Source: Isurus oxyrinchus (Eukaryota). From it: a stretch of 64,000 bases of DNA. The first letter of the stretch is position 1. Each line of letters opens with the position of its first letter. The stretch covers positions 24,862,001 to 24,926,000 of the forward strand of contig JANJGN010000014.1 in assembly GCA_026770705.1 (NCBI GenBank), read 5' to 3'. Shown here piece after piece: positions 54,373 to 64,000 of the stretch. The position numbers were made by a program, and so were the translations under genes. A model generated the notes under the pieces. It worked only from the letters and a program-made list of their open reading frames with translations. It ran no database searches and was not told where the DNA came from.

Positions 54373-55508
54373 CACGACCTAAAGTTATTGAATTCAATAT
54401 TCAGACCGGAAGGCTGTAAGGTGCCTAGTCGGAAGATGAGGTGTTATTCCTCCAGTTTGCGTTGGGCTTCACTGGAACAATGCAGTAAGCCAAGGACAGA
54501 CATGTGGGCAAGAGAGCAGGGTGGAGTGTTAAAATGGCAAGCGACAGGGAGGTTTGGGTCATTCTTGCGGACAGACCGCAGGTGTTCTGCAAAGCGGTCG
54601 CCCAGTTTACGTTTGGTCTCTCCAATGTAGAGGAGACCACATTGGGAGCAACGAATGCAGTAGACTAAGTTGGGGGAAATGCAAGTGAAATGCTGCTTCA
54701 CTTGAAAGGAGTGTTTGAGCCCTTGGACGGTGAGGAGAGAGGAAGTGAAGGGGCAGGTGTTACATCTTTTGCATGGGCATGGGGTGGTGCCATAGGAGGG
54801 GGTTGAGGAGTAGGGGGTGATGGAGGAGTGGACCAGGGTGTCCCGGAGGGAGCGATCCCTACGGAATGCCGATAAGGGGGGTGAAGGGAAGATGTGTTTG
54901 GTGGTGGCATCATGCTGGAGTTGGCGGAAATGGCGGAGGATGATCCTTTGAATGCGGAGGCTGGTGGGGTGATAAGTGAGGACAAGGGGGACCCTATCAT
55001 GTTTCTGGGAGGGAGGAGAAGGCGTGAGGGCGGATGCGCGGGAGATGGGCCGGACACGGTTGAGGGCCCTGTCAACGACCGTGGGTGGAAAACCTCGGTT
55101 AAGGAAGAAGGAGGACATGTCAGAGGAACCGTTTTTGAAGGTAGCATCATCGGAACAGATGCGACGAAGGCGAAGGAACTGGGAGAATGGGATGGAGTCC
55201 TTACAGGAAGCGGGGTGTGAGGAGCTGTAGTCGAGGTAGCTGTGAGGGTCGGTGGGTTTGTAATGGATATTGGTGGACAGTCTATCACCAGAGATTGAGA
55301 CAGAGTGGTCAAGGAAGGGAAGGGAAGTGTCAGAGATGGACCACGTGAAAATGATGGAGGGGTGGAGATTGGAAGCAAAATTAATAAATTTTTCCAAGTC
55401 CCGACGAGAGCATGAAGCGGCACCGAAGTAATCATCGATGTACCGGAGAAAAAGTTGTGGAAGGGGGCCGGGGTAGGACTGCAACAAGGAATGTTCCACA
55501 TACCCCAA
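54373..55508 (-). pseudogene. PLE RT C-terminus + GIY-YIG ORF (inverted arm), premature stop at 54444
   Basis: RYIDD...PCPCKRCNTC...VYCIRCSQCGLLYIGETKRKLGDRFAEH...RKLEE*. Confidence 0.9.
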
Positions 55509-57531
55509 AAATACCCCAGTTCAACGGATCCTTTTACCCATCTCCAATATTCTCCCTCCACCTGGACCCCTCCCTCTGGATTCTTACCTTCTCTTGATCT
55601 TTTCATTGAGAACTGTCGGCGCGACATTAGTCGTCTCAATTTCTCTGCTCCTCTCACCCATTCTAACCTGTCTCTCTCTGAACTTACTGCACTCCATTCT
55701 CTCAGGTCCAACCCTGACATTGTCATCAAACCCGCTGACAAGGGTGGTGCTGTTGTTGTCTGGCGCACTGACCTCTACCTCGCGGAGGCTGAGCGTCAAC
55801 TCGCAGACACTTCCTCCTACCTCTCCCTGGACCATGACCCCACCACTGAACATCAAGCCATTGTTTCCAGGACTGTCACTGACCTCATCTCCTCTGGGGA
55901 TCTCCCTCCCACAGCTTCCAACCTGATAGTCGCCCAACCTCGGACGGCCCGCTTCTATCTCCTACCCAAAATCCACAAACAGAACTGCCCCGGTAGACCG
56001 ATCGTCTCAGCTTGCTCCTGCCCCACAGAACTCATTTCTCGTTATCTTGACTCCCTTCTCTCTCCCCTTGTCCAGTCCCTTCCCACCTACATCCGTGATT
56101 CCTCTGACACCTTACGTCACATCAACAATTTCCAGTTCCCTGGCTCCAACCGCTTCCTCTTCACCATGGACGTCCAATCCCTCTACACCTCCATCCCCCA
56201 CCAGGATGGTCTGAGGGCCCTTAGCTTCTTCCTCGAACAGAGGCCCGAACAATCCCCATCCACCACTACTCTCCTCCGTCTGGCTGAACTTGTTCTCACG
56301 TTGAACAATTTCTCCTTCAACTCCTCTCACTTTCTCCAAATAAAAGGTGTGGCTATGGGTACCCGCATGGGCCCCAGCTATGCCTGTCTCTTTATGGGGT
56401 ATGTGGAACATTCCTTGTTGCAGTCCTACCCCGGCCCCCTTCCACAACTTTTTCTCCGGTACATCGATGATTACTTCGGTGCCGCTTCATGCTCTCGTCG
56501 GGACTTGGAAAAATTTATTAATTTTGCTTCCAATCTCCACCCCTCCATCATTTTCACGTGGTCCATCTCTGACACTTCCCTTCCCTTCCTTGACCTCTCT
56601 GTCTCAATCTCTGGTGATAGACTGTCCACCAATATCCATTACAAACCCACCGACTCCCACAGCTACCTCGACTACAGCTCCTCACACCCCGCTTCCTGTA
56701 AGGACTCCATCCCATTCTCCCAGTTCCTTCGCCTTCGTCGCATCTGTTCCGATGATGCTACCTTCAAAAACGGTTCCTCTGACATGTCCTCCTTCTTCCT
56801 TAACCGAGGTTTTCCACCCACGGTCGTTGACAGGGCCCTCAACCGTGTCCGGCCCATCTCCCGCGCATCCGCCCTCACGCCTTCTCCTCCCTCCCAGAAA
56901 CATGATAGGGTCCCCCTTGTCCTCACTTATCACCCCACCAGCCTCCGCATTCAAAGGATCATCCTCCGCCATTTCCGCCAACTCCAGCATGATGCCACCA
57001 CCAAACACATCTTCCCTTCACCCCCCCTTATCGGCATTCCGTAGGGATCGCTCCCTCCGGGACACCCTGGTCCACTCCTCCATCACCCCCTACTCCTCAA
57101 CCCCCTCCTATGGCACCACCCCATGCCCACGCAAAAGATGTAACACCTGCCCCTTCACTTCCTCTCTCCTCACCGTCCAAGGGCCCAAACACTCCTTTCA
57201 AGTGAAGCAGCATTTCACTTGCATTTCCCCCAACTTAGTCTACTGCATTCGTTGCTCCCAATGTGGTCTCCTCTAGATTGGAGAGACCAAACGTAAACTG
57301 GGCGACCGCTTTGCAGAACACCTGCGGTCTGTCCGCAAGAATGACCCAAACCTCCCTGTCACTTGCCATTTTAACACTCCACCCTGCTCTCTTGCCCACA
57401 TGTCTGTCCTTGGCTTACTGCATTGTTCCAGTGAAGCCCAACGCAAACTGGAGGAACACCACCTCATCTTCCGACTAGGCACCTTACAGCCTTCCGGTCT
57501 GAATATTGAATTCAATAACTTTAGGTCGTGA
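55509..57531 (+). pseudogene. PLE reverse transcriptase + GIY-YIG ORF, 5'-truncated, frameshift ~57025, stop 57274-57276
   Basis: IKPADKGGAVVV, YLLPKIHK, GRPIVS, MDVQSLYTSIP, GVAMGTRMGP, RYIDD, LPFLD; VYCIRC..CGLL*IGET, HF, GLN. Confidence 0.93.
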
Positions 57532-57930
57532 GCTCCCTCCCCCATCCCCACCCCCTTTCTGTTTCCCCCTTTTTTTTTTTCCCCTTTTTTTTCCCTATAA
57601 ATTTTATAGATTTTTCTTTTCCCACCTATTTCCATTATTTTTAAATATTTTAAAATCTTTTATGCTCCCCCCACCCCCACTAGAGCTGTACCTTGAGTGC
57701 CCTACCATCCATTCTTAATTAGCACATTCGTTTAGATAATATCACCAACTTTAACTTTAACACCTATGTGTTCTTTTGTACCATTGTCGCTGACATCTTT
57801 TGATGATCTGCTTCTATCACTGCTTGTTTGTCTACACAAGCACCTCTGTCTCTCACTCTCTCTCCGCCCCCCCCCCACACACACACCTTAAACCAGCTTA
57901 TATTTCAACTCTTTCTTGGACTCGAAATCA

Positions 57931-57969
57931 AGTTCTGTCGAAGGGTCATGAGGACTCGAAACGTCAACT
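57931..57969 (+). ncRNA. Minimal hammerhead ribozyme motif
   Basis: AGTT-CTGTCGA-A-GGGTC-ATGAG-GACTC-GAAAC-GTC-AACT. Confidence 0.8.
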
Positions 57970-58159
57970 CTTTTCTTCTCCGCCGATGCTGCCAGACCTG
58001 CTGAGAATTCAAGTATGGTTGGACAAAATCCATAGCCAGTTGGGATCAGATTTGTAAAAATGGAAACCAAAGCTGCCCAAATGAATACAGCTTGCATTAT
58101 AAATGAACTTCAGAATGATCACCCTCATGGATTAAGTAAATGGAGAATTTGAAACCAAC

Positions 58160-58299
58160 CTTATCAGTGCCAGGTATTGTCTCAAAAGAGCTAAGTTGGT
58201 ATCTTGTCTCCCTCATGTAACGCTCTTTCTCTGGACACATATCCAAACAGGTCCCCACCACAGCTTTAGCCTTCTCCAACTCAGTTCTTTTCACTCGTG
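58160..58299 (-). CDS. MCM3AP: MCM3AP exon ([47 protein letters not shown])
   Basis: SAC3/GANP N-terminal motif GTCxDMCPExER; TAG acceptor, GTTGGT donor. Confidence 0.96.
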
Positions 58300-59339
58300 C
58301 TATGGGCACAGAAGAATCAGATAAAAATAATATTTTTTGCTCTGCACATATGAATCATGCTCAATGCCAGCACTAGGAAATGACACTGTCCTTAAATGTT
58401 AATCACCATCTCAGGTTTTCTTTCAACTTAAATTCAATGAACACATTTTAAATCCTTCGTTCACCCCCTCAAATCCTTTATTCATCTTCGCATGTTGCAA
58501 CTCTTAATTAATTCCATCATGATGTTACTTTATTCTATTTGCATAAAAAGCTAGCAAAACATCTCAAAAACGTCTCTTCAGTCTGGTAGTGACATGGAGA
58601 AGTTATTTGAAAAGTTCTTCACTTAATTTCCCATAAACTAGGCTTGAACAACAATGAATCAATTAAAAGGCCATCCTTAAACTACAACTTCGGTCATTGG
58701 TATTTGTTGCAGTAGTTTCCAAATGCTTCACTGCCAGCCAGGGCAATGGGTGAAGGAAAACTGCACTCCTCCCTCCAGCTACAACCAACCCATTCCCATT
58801 CAGCCTGAGGCCCCTGTACAATCGCTTCTCGACCCAAGAAGCATTCCTTCCTTCACACCCAGAAAAGGCATGGTCATTTCCGCAGCTATTAGGGTTCCAA
58901 GCCTAACAACAGATGAAGGTAAGAAAAAAAGAGAGTGCATGCGACAGAGAGAGAGAAAATGCATGCCAAATATACAGAAAAACATAAGTATCAGAGGCAG
59001 AAGGAATAAGTGAATTGTAGAAGGGTGAGAAATGGTAAAAAAGCAAAAAGGAGACATCATGAAAGAGGGAATGAGGCAGAATGCAAAAAATGGAGACAAA
59101 TTGAGCTACCTAGACAATGAAAAAAAAGTGTACAAGAACAGAAAACAGAGGAATAGAGAGAAGAGGAAAAAGAAATTAAAGAATGGAAAAAGCACAAAGA
59201 CAACAAATTAATTCACTGTCAACGGGCAGAAAATCTAGCTCTTGGACAAATCATTTTTATAATTCTACAGGGAATGCAATTGGAGATCAATTAGTACCTT
59301 AAAAATAATGAACTTCGCCAAGAAATGATGCATCATTAC

Positions 59340-59545
59340 CTTGCCTCATTAGCTTGTCCCGCTGGTCAAGTACCCTGTATTTCTCCTCGGGAGTAATGGC
59401 AACTATGCCAATTAAATGATTGAGGGAAGAAGGTAGTGCCCCTGCACGTTCAGAAATTGACACCTGATCTTCCATACCCTGTGGATCCTGGGATTCATTC
59501 TCAGATTGCAGAGTCTTTGAAGAAGATGGTTTCTTAACTGGCGAC
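59340..59545 (-). CDS. MCM3AP: MCM3AP exon (SPVKKPSS...EKYRVLDQRDKLMRQ)
   Basis: CAG acceptor, G|GTAATG donor; GANP motif EKYRxLDQRD. Confidence 0.93.
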
Positions 59546-59864
59546 CTGCAGAGCAAATCTAATGAACATCTGATTCTGTTTAAAACCCCAGTTCTTATCT
59601 TATTTCTCTCCTCACTTAGCCCCTCACATTCAATTTGTTCATAACAGAAAGGGATGGATCATGCAGCCTCACAGTGCATCACTTATGAATGAACCCAACT
59701 ACACAGTGTCACAGGATGCACAAACATTCAGGACTGACAAACTCACCCAGTGTCAGCCAGGATCCACACCTGTAACAGATTGACAAACTCACCCAATAAC
59801 AGAACAAAAACAGAATTACCTGGAAAAACTCAGCAGGCCTGGCAGCATCGGCGGAGAAGAAAAG

Positions 59865-59903
59865 AGTTGACGTTTCGAGTCCTCATGACCCTTCAACAGA
59901 ACT
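59865..59903 (-). ncRNA. Minimal hammerhead ribozyme motif
   Basis: Identical to 53941-53979. Confidence 0.82.
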
Positions 59904-60869
59904 GGGTGAATCCAAGGAGAGGGGTGAAATATAAGCTGGTTTAAGGAGTGGGGCGGGGGTGGGAGGGGGGGGGGGGGGGGGGAGGTGTGGAAAGAAGTGG
60001 AGGGGGGTGGTGTGGTTGTAGGGACAAGCAAGCAGTGATAGGAGCAGATCATCAAAAGATGTCACAGACAAAAGAACACAGAGGTGTTAAAGTTGATGAT
60101 ATTATCTAAACGAATGTGCTAATTAAGAATGGATGGTATGGCACTCAAGGTACAGCTCTAGTGGGGGTGGGGGTCATAAAAGATTTAAAAATAATGGAAA
60201 TAGGTGGGAAGAGAAAAATCTATATAATTTATTGGAAAAAAAGCAAAAGGAAGGGGGAAGAAACAGAAAGGGGGTGGGGATGAGGGAAGGAGTTCAAGAT
60301 CTAAAGTTGTTGAATTCAATATTCAGTCCGGAAGGCTGTAAAGTGCCTAGTCGGAAGATGAGGTGCTGTTCCTCCAGTTTGCGCTGGGCTTCACTCGAAC
60401 AATGCAGCAAGCCAACGACAGACATGTGGGCAAGAGAGCAGGGTGGAGTGTTAAAATGGCAAGCGACAGGGAGGTTTGGGTCATTCTTGCGGACAGACCG
60501 CAGGTGTTCTGCAAAGCTGTCGCCCAGTTTACGTTTGGTCTCTTTTGTTTTTTCCAATAATTTATATAGATTTTTCTTTTCCCACCTATTTCCATTATTT
60601 TTAAATCTTTTATGCCCCCCACCCCCACTAGAGCTATACCTTGAGTGCCATACCATCCATTCTTAATTAGCATATTCGTTTAGATAATATCACCAACTTC
60701 AACACCTCTGTGTTCTTTTGTCTGTGACATCTTTTGATTATCTGCTCCTATCACTGCTTGCTTGTCCCTACAACCACACCACCCCCCTCCACTTCTCTCC
60801 CCCCACCCAACCGCTCCCTCTCCCAACCTTAAACCAGCTTATATTTCACCCCTCTCCTTGGATTCACCC

Positions 60870-60908
60870 AGTTCTGTTGAAGGGTCATGAGGACTCAAAA
60901 CGTCAACT
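60870..60908 (+). ncRNA. Minimal hammerhead motif with G12A change (likely inactive)
   Basis: AGTT-CTGTTGA-A-GGGTC-ATGAG-GACTC-AAAAC-GTC-AACT. Confidence 0.65.
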
Positions 60909-61281
60909 CTTTTCTTCTCCGCCGATGCTGCCAGACCTGCTGAGTTTTTCCAGGTAATTCTGTTTTTGTTTTGATTTCCAGCATCCGCAGTTTTTTGTTT
61001 TTATCACCCAATAAGAGAGTCCATCCCATTGAAGCTAATCTTAAATAGAGTCAATGTATTTTGTGAATTGAAATTAAAACTTCATGAGCACAGTAAGCAC
61101 AGGGTATGATAACAATAAGGCAAAGGAAAACTTGTTTATTGTTTCTTGTACCCAGCAATACTGAAAAATAATTCTCACTGGCCTTTATCACAGAGGTTAA
61201 TAGAAAAACAAAATACTACAGATGTTGGAAATCTGAACTAAATACAGAAAACATAGGCAGCATCTGTGGAGAGAGAAATTG

Positions 61282-61318
61282 AGTTAACATTTCAGTTCTG
61301 GGACCTTTCATCAGAACT
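61282..61318 (-). ncRNA. Minimal hammerhead motif in a solo PLE tail (~61203-61320)
   Basis: AGTT-CTGATGA-A-AGGTC-CCA-GAACT-GAAAT-GTT-AACT. Confidence 0.62.
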
Positions 61319-61359
61319 GGGACAAGATTAATGCTGGCAATTTCTTTGCACAGGATCAG

Positions 61360-62200
61360 TACAGAAGATTCTCTTACTGTTCCGATGGCGATTAAGCAAA
61401 GCAGTTCTGGGACCCATAATTGGGTCCTTGAACGTTGTGTCATCTCCCAAATTTGTTCTAATCTTCCTCACAATCCCTTGTTTCAAACTTTTCATCAGAT
61501 TTCTGCCAAGCGACAGTGCAAAATGACTAACTCAAAGTCAGAATTTGTATCCCATGTGAGTGATCTTGGCAAACTATTCCAGCTACTCCTCTCTGCAACT
61601 TTTGACAGGGTCCAGGACACCATATTCCTCCTAGGTTGTCTAGCCAAGTGGGATTGCCTTGGTTCCATATTAAATGTGGTAGGTATCCTATATCTAATAC
61701 TGTCCACCAGAGTTTCTCGCATGACGCCAAATTGAATGCCTTCTCAAAATCAATAAAGCACATGTACATTGGCTGCTTGTGTTCTTAGGCTTTGTGCATT
61801 ATGATTCTAAAATTGGTGACTTGATTCCTCTTCTGCATCAAAATCCAGCTTACTCATCAGCAATCTCAATCTGTCTTTTTCCAGATCTGTTCCAGGACAA
61901 TCCTGAGCAATTTTACTATCGTGGGAGATATGAGTAATTCTTCTACAATTTGTGCACCATTTCAGGTCACTTTTCTTCAGAAGAGGGATAAAGGTAGAAT
62001 CCGCCCAGTCCAGTCACCTGCCTCCTGCACAGCCACACATATTCAGACATCCTGTCCACTACGAATTCTTCTCCCATCTTAAGTAATTCTGCCGATATAT
62101 CGTCTGGTATTTAGCCTTATGGCTGGCCTTCTGAAGAATAGCTCACTGTACCTCAGATCAAAGTGGAGGCAATTGTATGCATCCACTATCTCCCTCAGCT
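61360..62200 (-). mobile_element. Degenerate RTE-clade LINE RT fragment
   Basis: YMCFIDFEKAF; decayed 'PLLKKSDLKWCTNCRRI' and QAGF-like segments. Confidence 0.6.
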
Positions 62201-62447
62201 CCTCCAGTGCCTGTAGAATCAACCTGTTTGTCCCAACATATAGGTTTAGATGAGCAGCAGCTTCTTCCAGTTTACACTACAAAAGCAGAAGTCATAATTT
62301 TTAGCCCCTGATATAAACTCCACACCCTTGCCACCAATTCCATCAAAGACCCGCCCGCTTTCACCACTGTATCATCCATTGTAGCATTTTACTGAAACCC
62401 TGATCTGTGTCTCAATCACCTTCAGACCCAAATATGTCAATGCTCTG

Positions 62448-62785
62448 GACATAAGAACAAGCAGGAGTAGACCACATGACCTGTCGAGCCTGCTCGGCCA
62501 TTCAATATGATTATGGCTGACCTTTGACTTAAACTGCACTTTCCCATCCACCCCCCATATCCCTTATTACCATCCCCGATTCTGAGAGACAAAACATCTG
62601 TCTATTTCAGCCTTAAATATATTCAATGATTGGACATCCACAACCCTCAGAACTCCAAAGATTCACAACCCTTTGAGTGAAGAAATTTCTCATCTCAGTT
62701 CTAAACACTTACCCCCCTCAGCTAAGACTGTGCCCCCATGTTCTCGATTCCGCAGCCAGGGAAAAAACAACCTCAGTGTCTCCTG
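62448..62785 (-). mobile_element. CR1 3' fragment
   Basis: 'gcaggagtagaccac...ttcacaaccctttgagtgaagaaatttc' matches the other CR1 3' ends. Confidence 0.7.
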
Positions 62786-63962
62786 GTCAGCCTCATATCC
62801 TCCAAACCTCAGTTCATCCGAAACTCTACTACCTGTATTCAGCCCCACTTCAATAGTGCAACTTTACGGACCCTCCCATCAGGGGGATTTTCCCATCCCA
62901 CCAAAATCAATGGACTTTTGAATGGCTCGCCACATTTTCTGGTCCCACCCCAGCCATGACAGGGCTGTAAAATTCCACCCCAAGCCCCACCCACATGGTG
63001 TTTGCTGACTTATAATGGCTCCCAGTAACCCCCCACCCCCCCCCCAACCCCCACCCAGCCCAAAGACCTTAATTTTAAAATTTTGCAACCCCTTATCTAA
63101 ATCTCTTCATGGTCACCAATCCCCAAAACCACGTCCAGCACCAAAACCAACTCCTTCCCTTAAATATTTGGATCCTCCAATTTTGACCTTTTTTTCAAAA
63201 TATGCTTCTGAAGTACCTTGGGATGCTTTCAACGTTATAAGACTTTATACAAATGCCAATAGCTGAAGACAAATTATTGACTACTAGAAACTGGCTTTTC
63301 ACTGTCCTTCAGAACTTTGTGAGGTTAATCTGAATAGGGAGGATTAACATGCCCGTGGCCAGATTTTATCCCAAGTCTCTGCCAGGTTAGCCACCTTCGC
63401 CCAAGGTGGCTATTGGAACCCAACAATTGGAACCAGCACACTTGCACCAGACAGGAGGAAGATCATGTAAACCTCTTGATCCAAACCTGCACCCAGCTGA
63501 TAATTTGTATGAAAACAGGCTCAGACTCAGTCATGATGGATTGTCAGTCAAATGCTCTGCTAAAACTTATCTTGTTTTATGCATAATAACTAGGTGCTGC
63601 AGTGTGACTAGCATTTATGGAACCCTAACTGAGAAAGGAATCAATGGATTCATGTAGAAAGGTTAGGAGAATAAAAATTGCTAACAAAAGAAAGTAATAA
63701 AAAGTGGCTTACATATTAAATTTTGGGTCACCATTCTATCATATCACTAAATGGTAATAAAATAAGATTTTTCCACTGTACACTGAGCTGTCATACAGAC
63801 GGGCCTGCAGCTGCACAGCTACACCTCCATGAAGTTGCACGAGTTCCACATCTCCATAGCTATACTCTCAGCATCGTTAAAGGACCCTGAGAGAAATTCA
63901 CTTTCCCCAGAGCTTCTAAAAGCAACACTAAGATTCTCAAGATGTGTGTAAGATGGCGTTAC

Positions 63963-64000
63963 TTGTTCATAGCATTTCCTGCAGAAGATCTTGCTGTTGG
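63963..64000 (-). CDS. MCM3AP: MCM3AP exon, cut by window edge (PTARSSAGNAMNK)
   Basis: Donor AA|GTAACG, phase 2; joins the next exon to give NKSPVKKPS, as in the homologous GANP segment. Confidence 0.75.

Larger units (their letters stand above)
53844..58003. mobile_element. Palindromic Penelope-like (Neptune-like) insertion: minus arm 53844-55508, plus arm 55509-58003, 13-bp TSD
   Basis: Two near-identical inverted copies; AGAATTCAAGTAT at 53831-53843 and 58004-58016. Confidence 0.93.
59800..61003. mobile_element. Second palindromic PLE insertion: minus arm 59800-60541, plus arm 60542-61003, 11-bp TSD
   Basis: Inverted 3' portions of the PLE; TCACCCAATAA at 59789-59799 and 61004-61014. 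Confidence 0.92.
3628..64000 (-). other. MCM3AP: MCM3AP/GANP gene span, partial (22 coding exons in window)
   Basis: Spliced exons give one continuous frame matching vertebrate GANP, e.g. [56 protein letters not shown]. All junctions are GT-AG and phase-compatible. Confidence 0.97.

Noticed and set aside
55455-55508. N-terminus of the 529-aa RT ORF
   Set aside because: Read-through from the antisense of the inverted arm; the true PLE 5' end is missing.
54698-57276. 356-aa and 309-aa Ser/Pro/Thr-rich ORFs
   Set aside because: Alternative frames of the C-rich PLE coding strand; only the tail of the 309-aa ORF is real (post-frameshift PLE frame).
57274-57276. In-frame stop as possible recoding (selenocysteine, as in some Naiad PLEs)
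   Set aside because: The stop is TAG, not TGA, and the sister arm has TAC (Tyr of the YIG motif); a simple point mutation.
59732-59799. Short direct repeat tgacaaactcaccca
   Set aside because: Local 15-bp duplication with no further structure; the second copy just overlaps the TSD.
60133-60673. Mirror ORFs on both strands starting MVWHSRYSS
   Set aside because: A consequence of the palindrome fusing antisense 3' UTR to a GIY-YIG fragment.

Overview
Vertebrate genomic DNA; the repeat families suggest a cartilaginous fish (inference). The whole window lies inside one minus-strand gene, MCM3AP/GANP (TREX-2 scaffold, SAC3/GANP domain). I traced 22 coding exons with GT-AG boundaries and consistent splice phase from 64000 down to 3628; the gene continues beyond both ends. 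The introns are packed with retroelements: many CR1 LINEs (one near full length with a 29-bp tandem array at its 5' end), an L1, L2/RTE/SINE remnants, and a family of Penelope-like elements (PLE; RT + GIY-YIG, Neptune-like). One intron holds an intact, divergent orphan histone H2B ORF with a candidate target-site duplication. The most notable signal is the PLE family: its 3' ends carry minimal hammerhead ribozyme motifs (8 recognisable copies plus one decayed copy, five with an unusual CUGUYGA core). Two insertions are 'tails-out' palindromes, each bounded by one exact TSD, and a ~190-bp mini-palindrome of two hammerhead tails shows the same layout. Two of the inverted arms closely bracket a pair of MCM3AP exons. 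Repeat boundaries are approximate and read by eye; ribozyme activity is untested.
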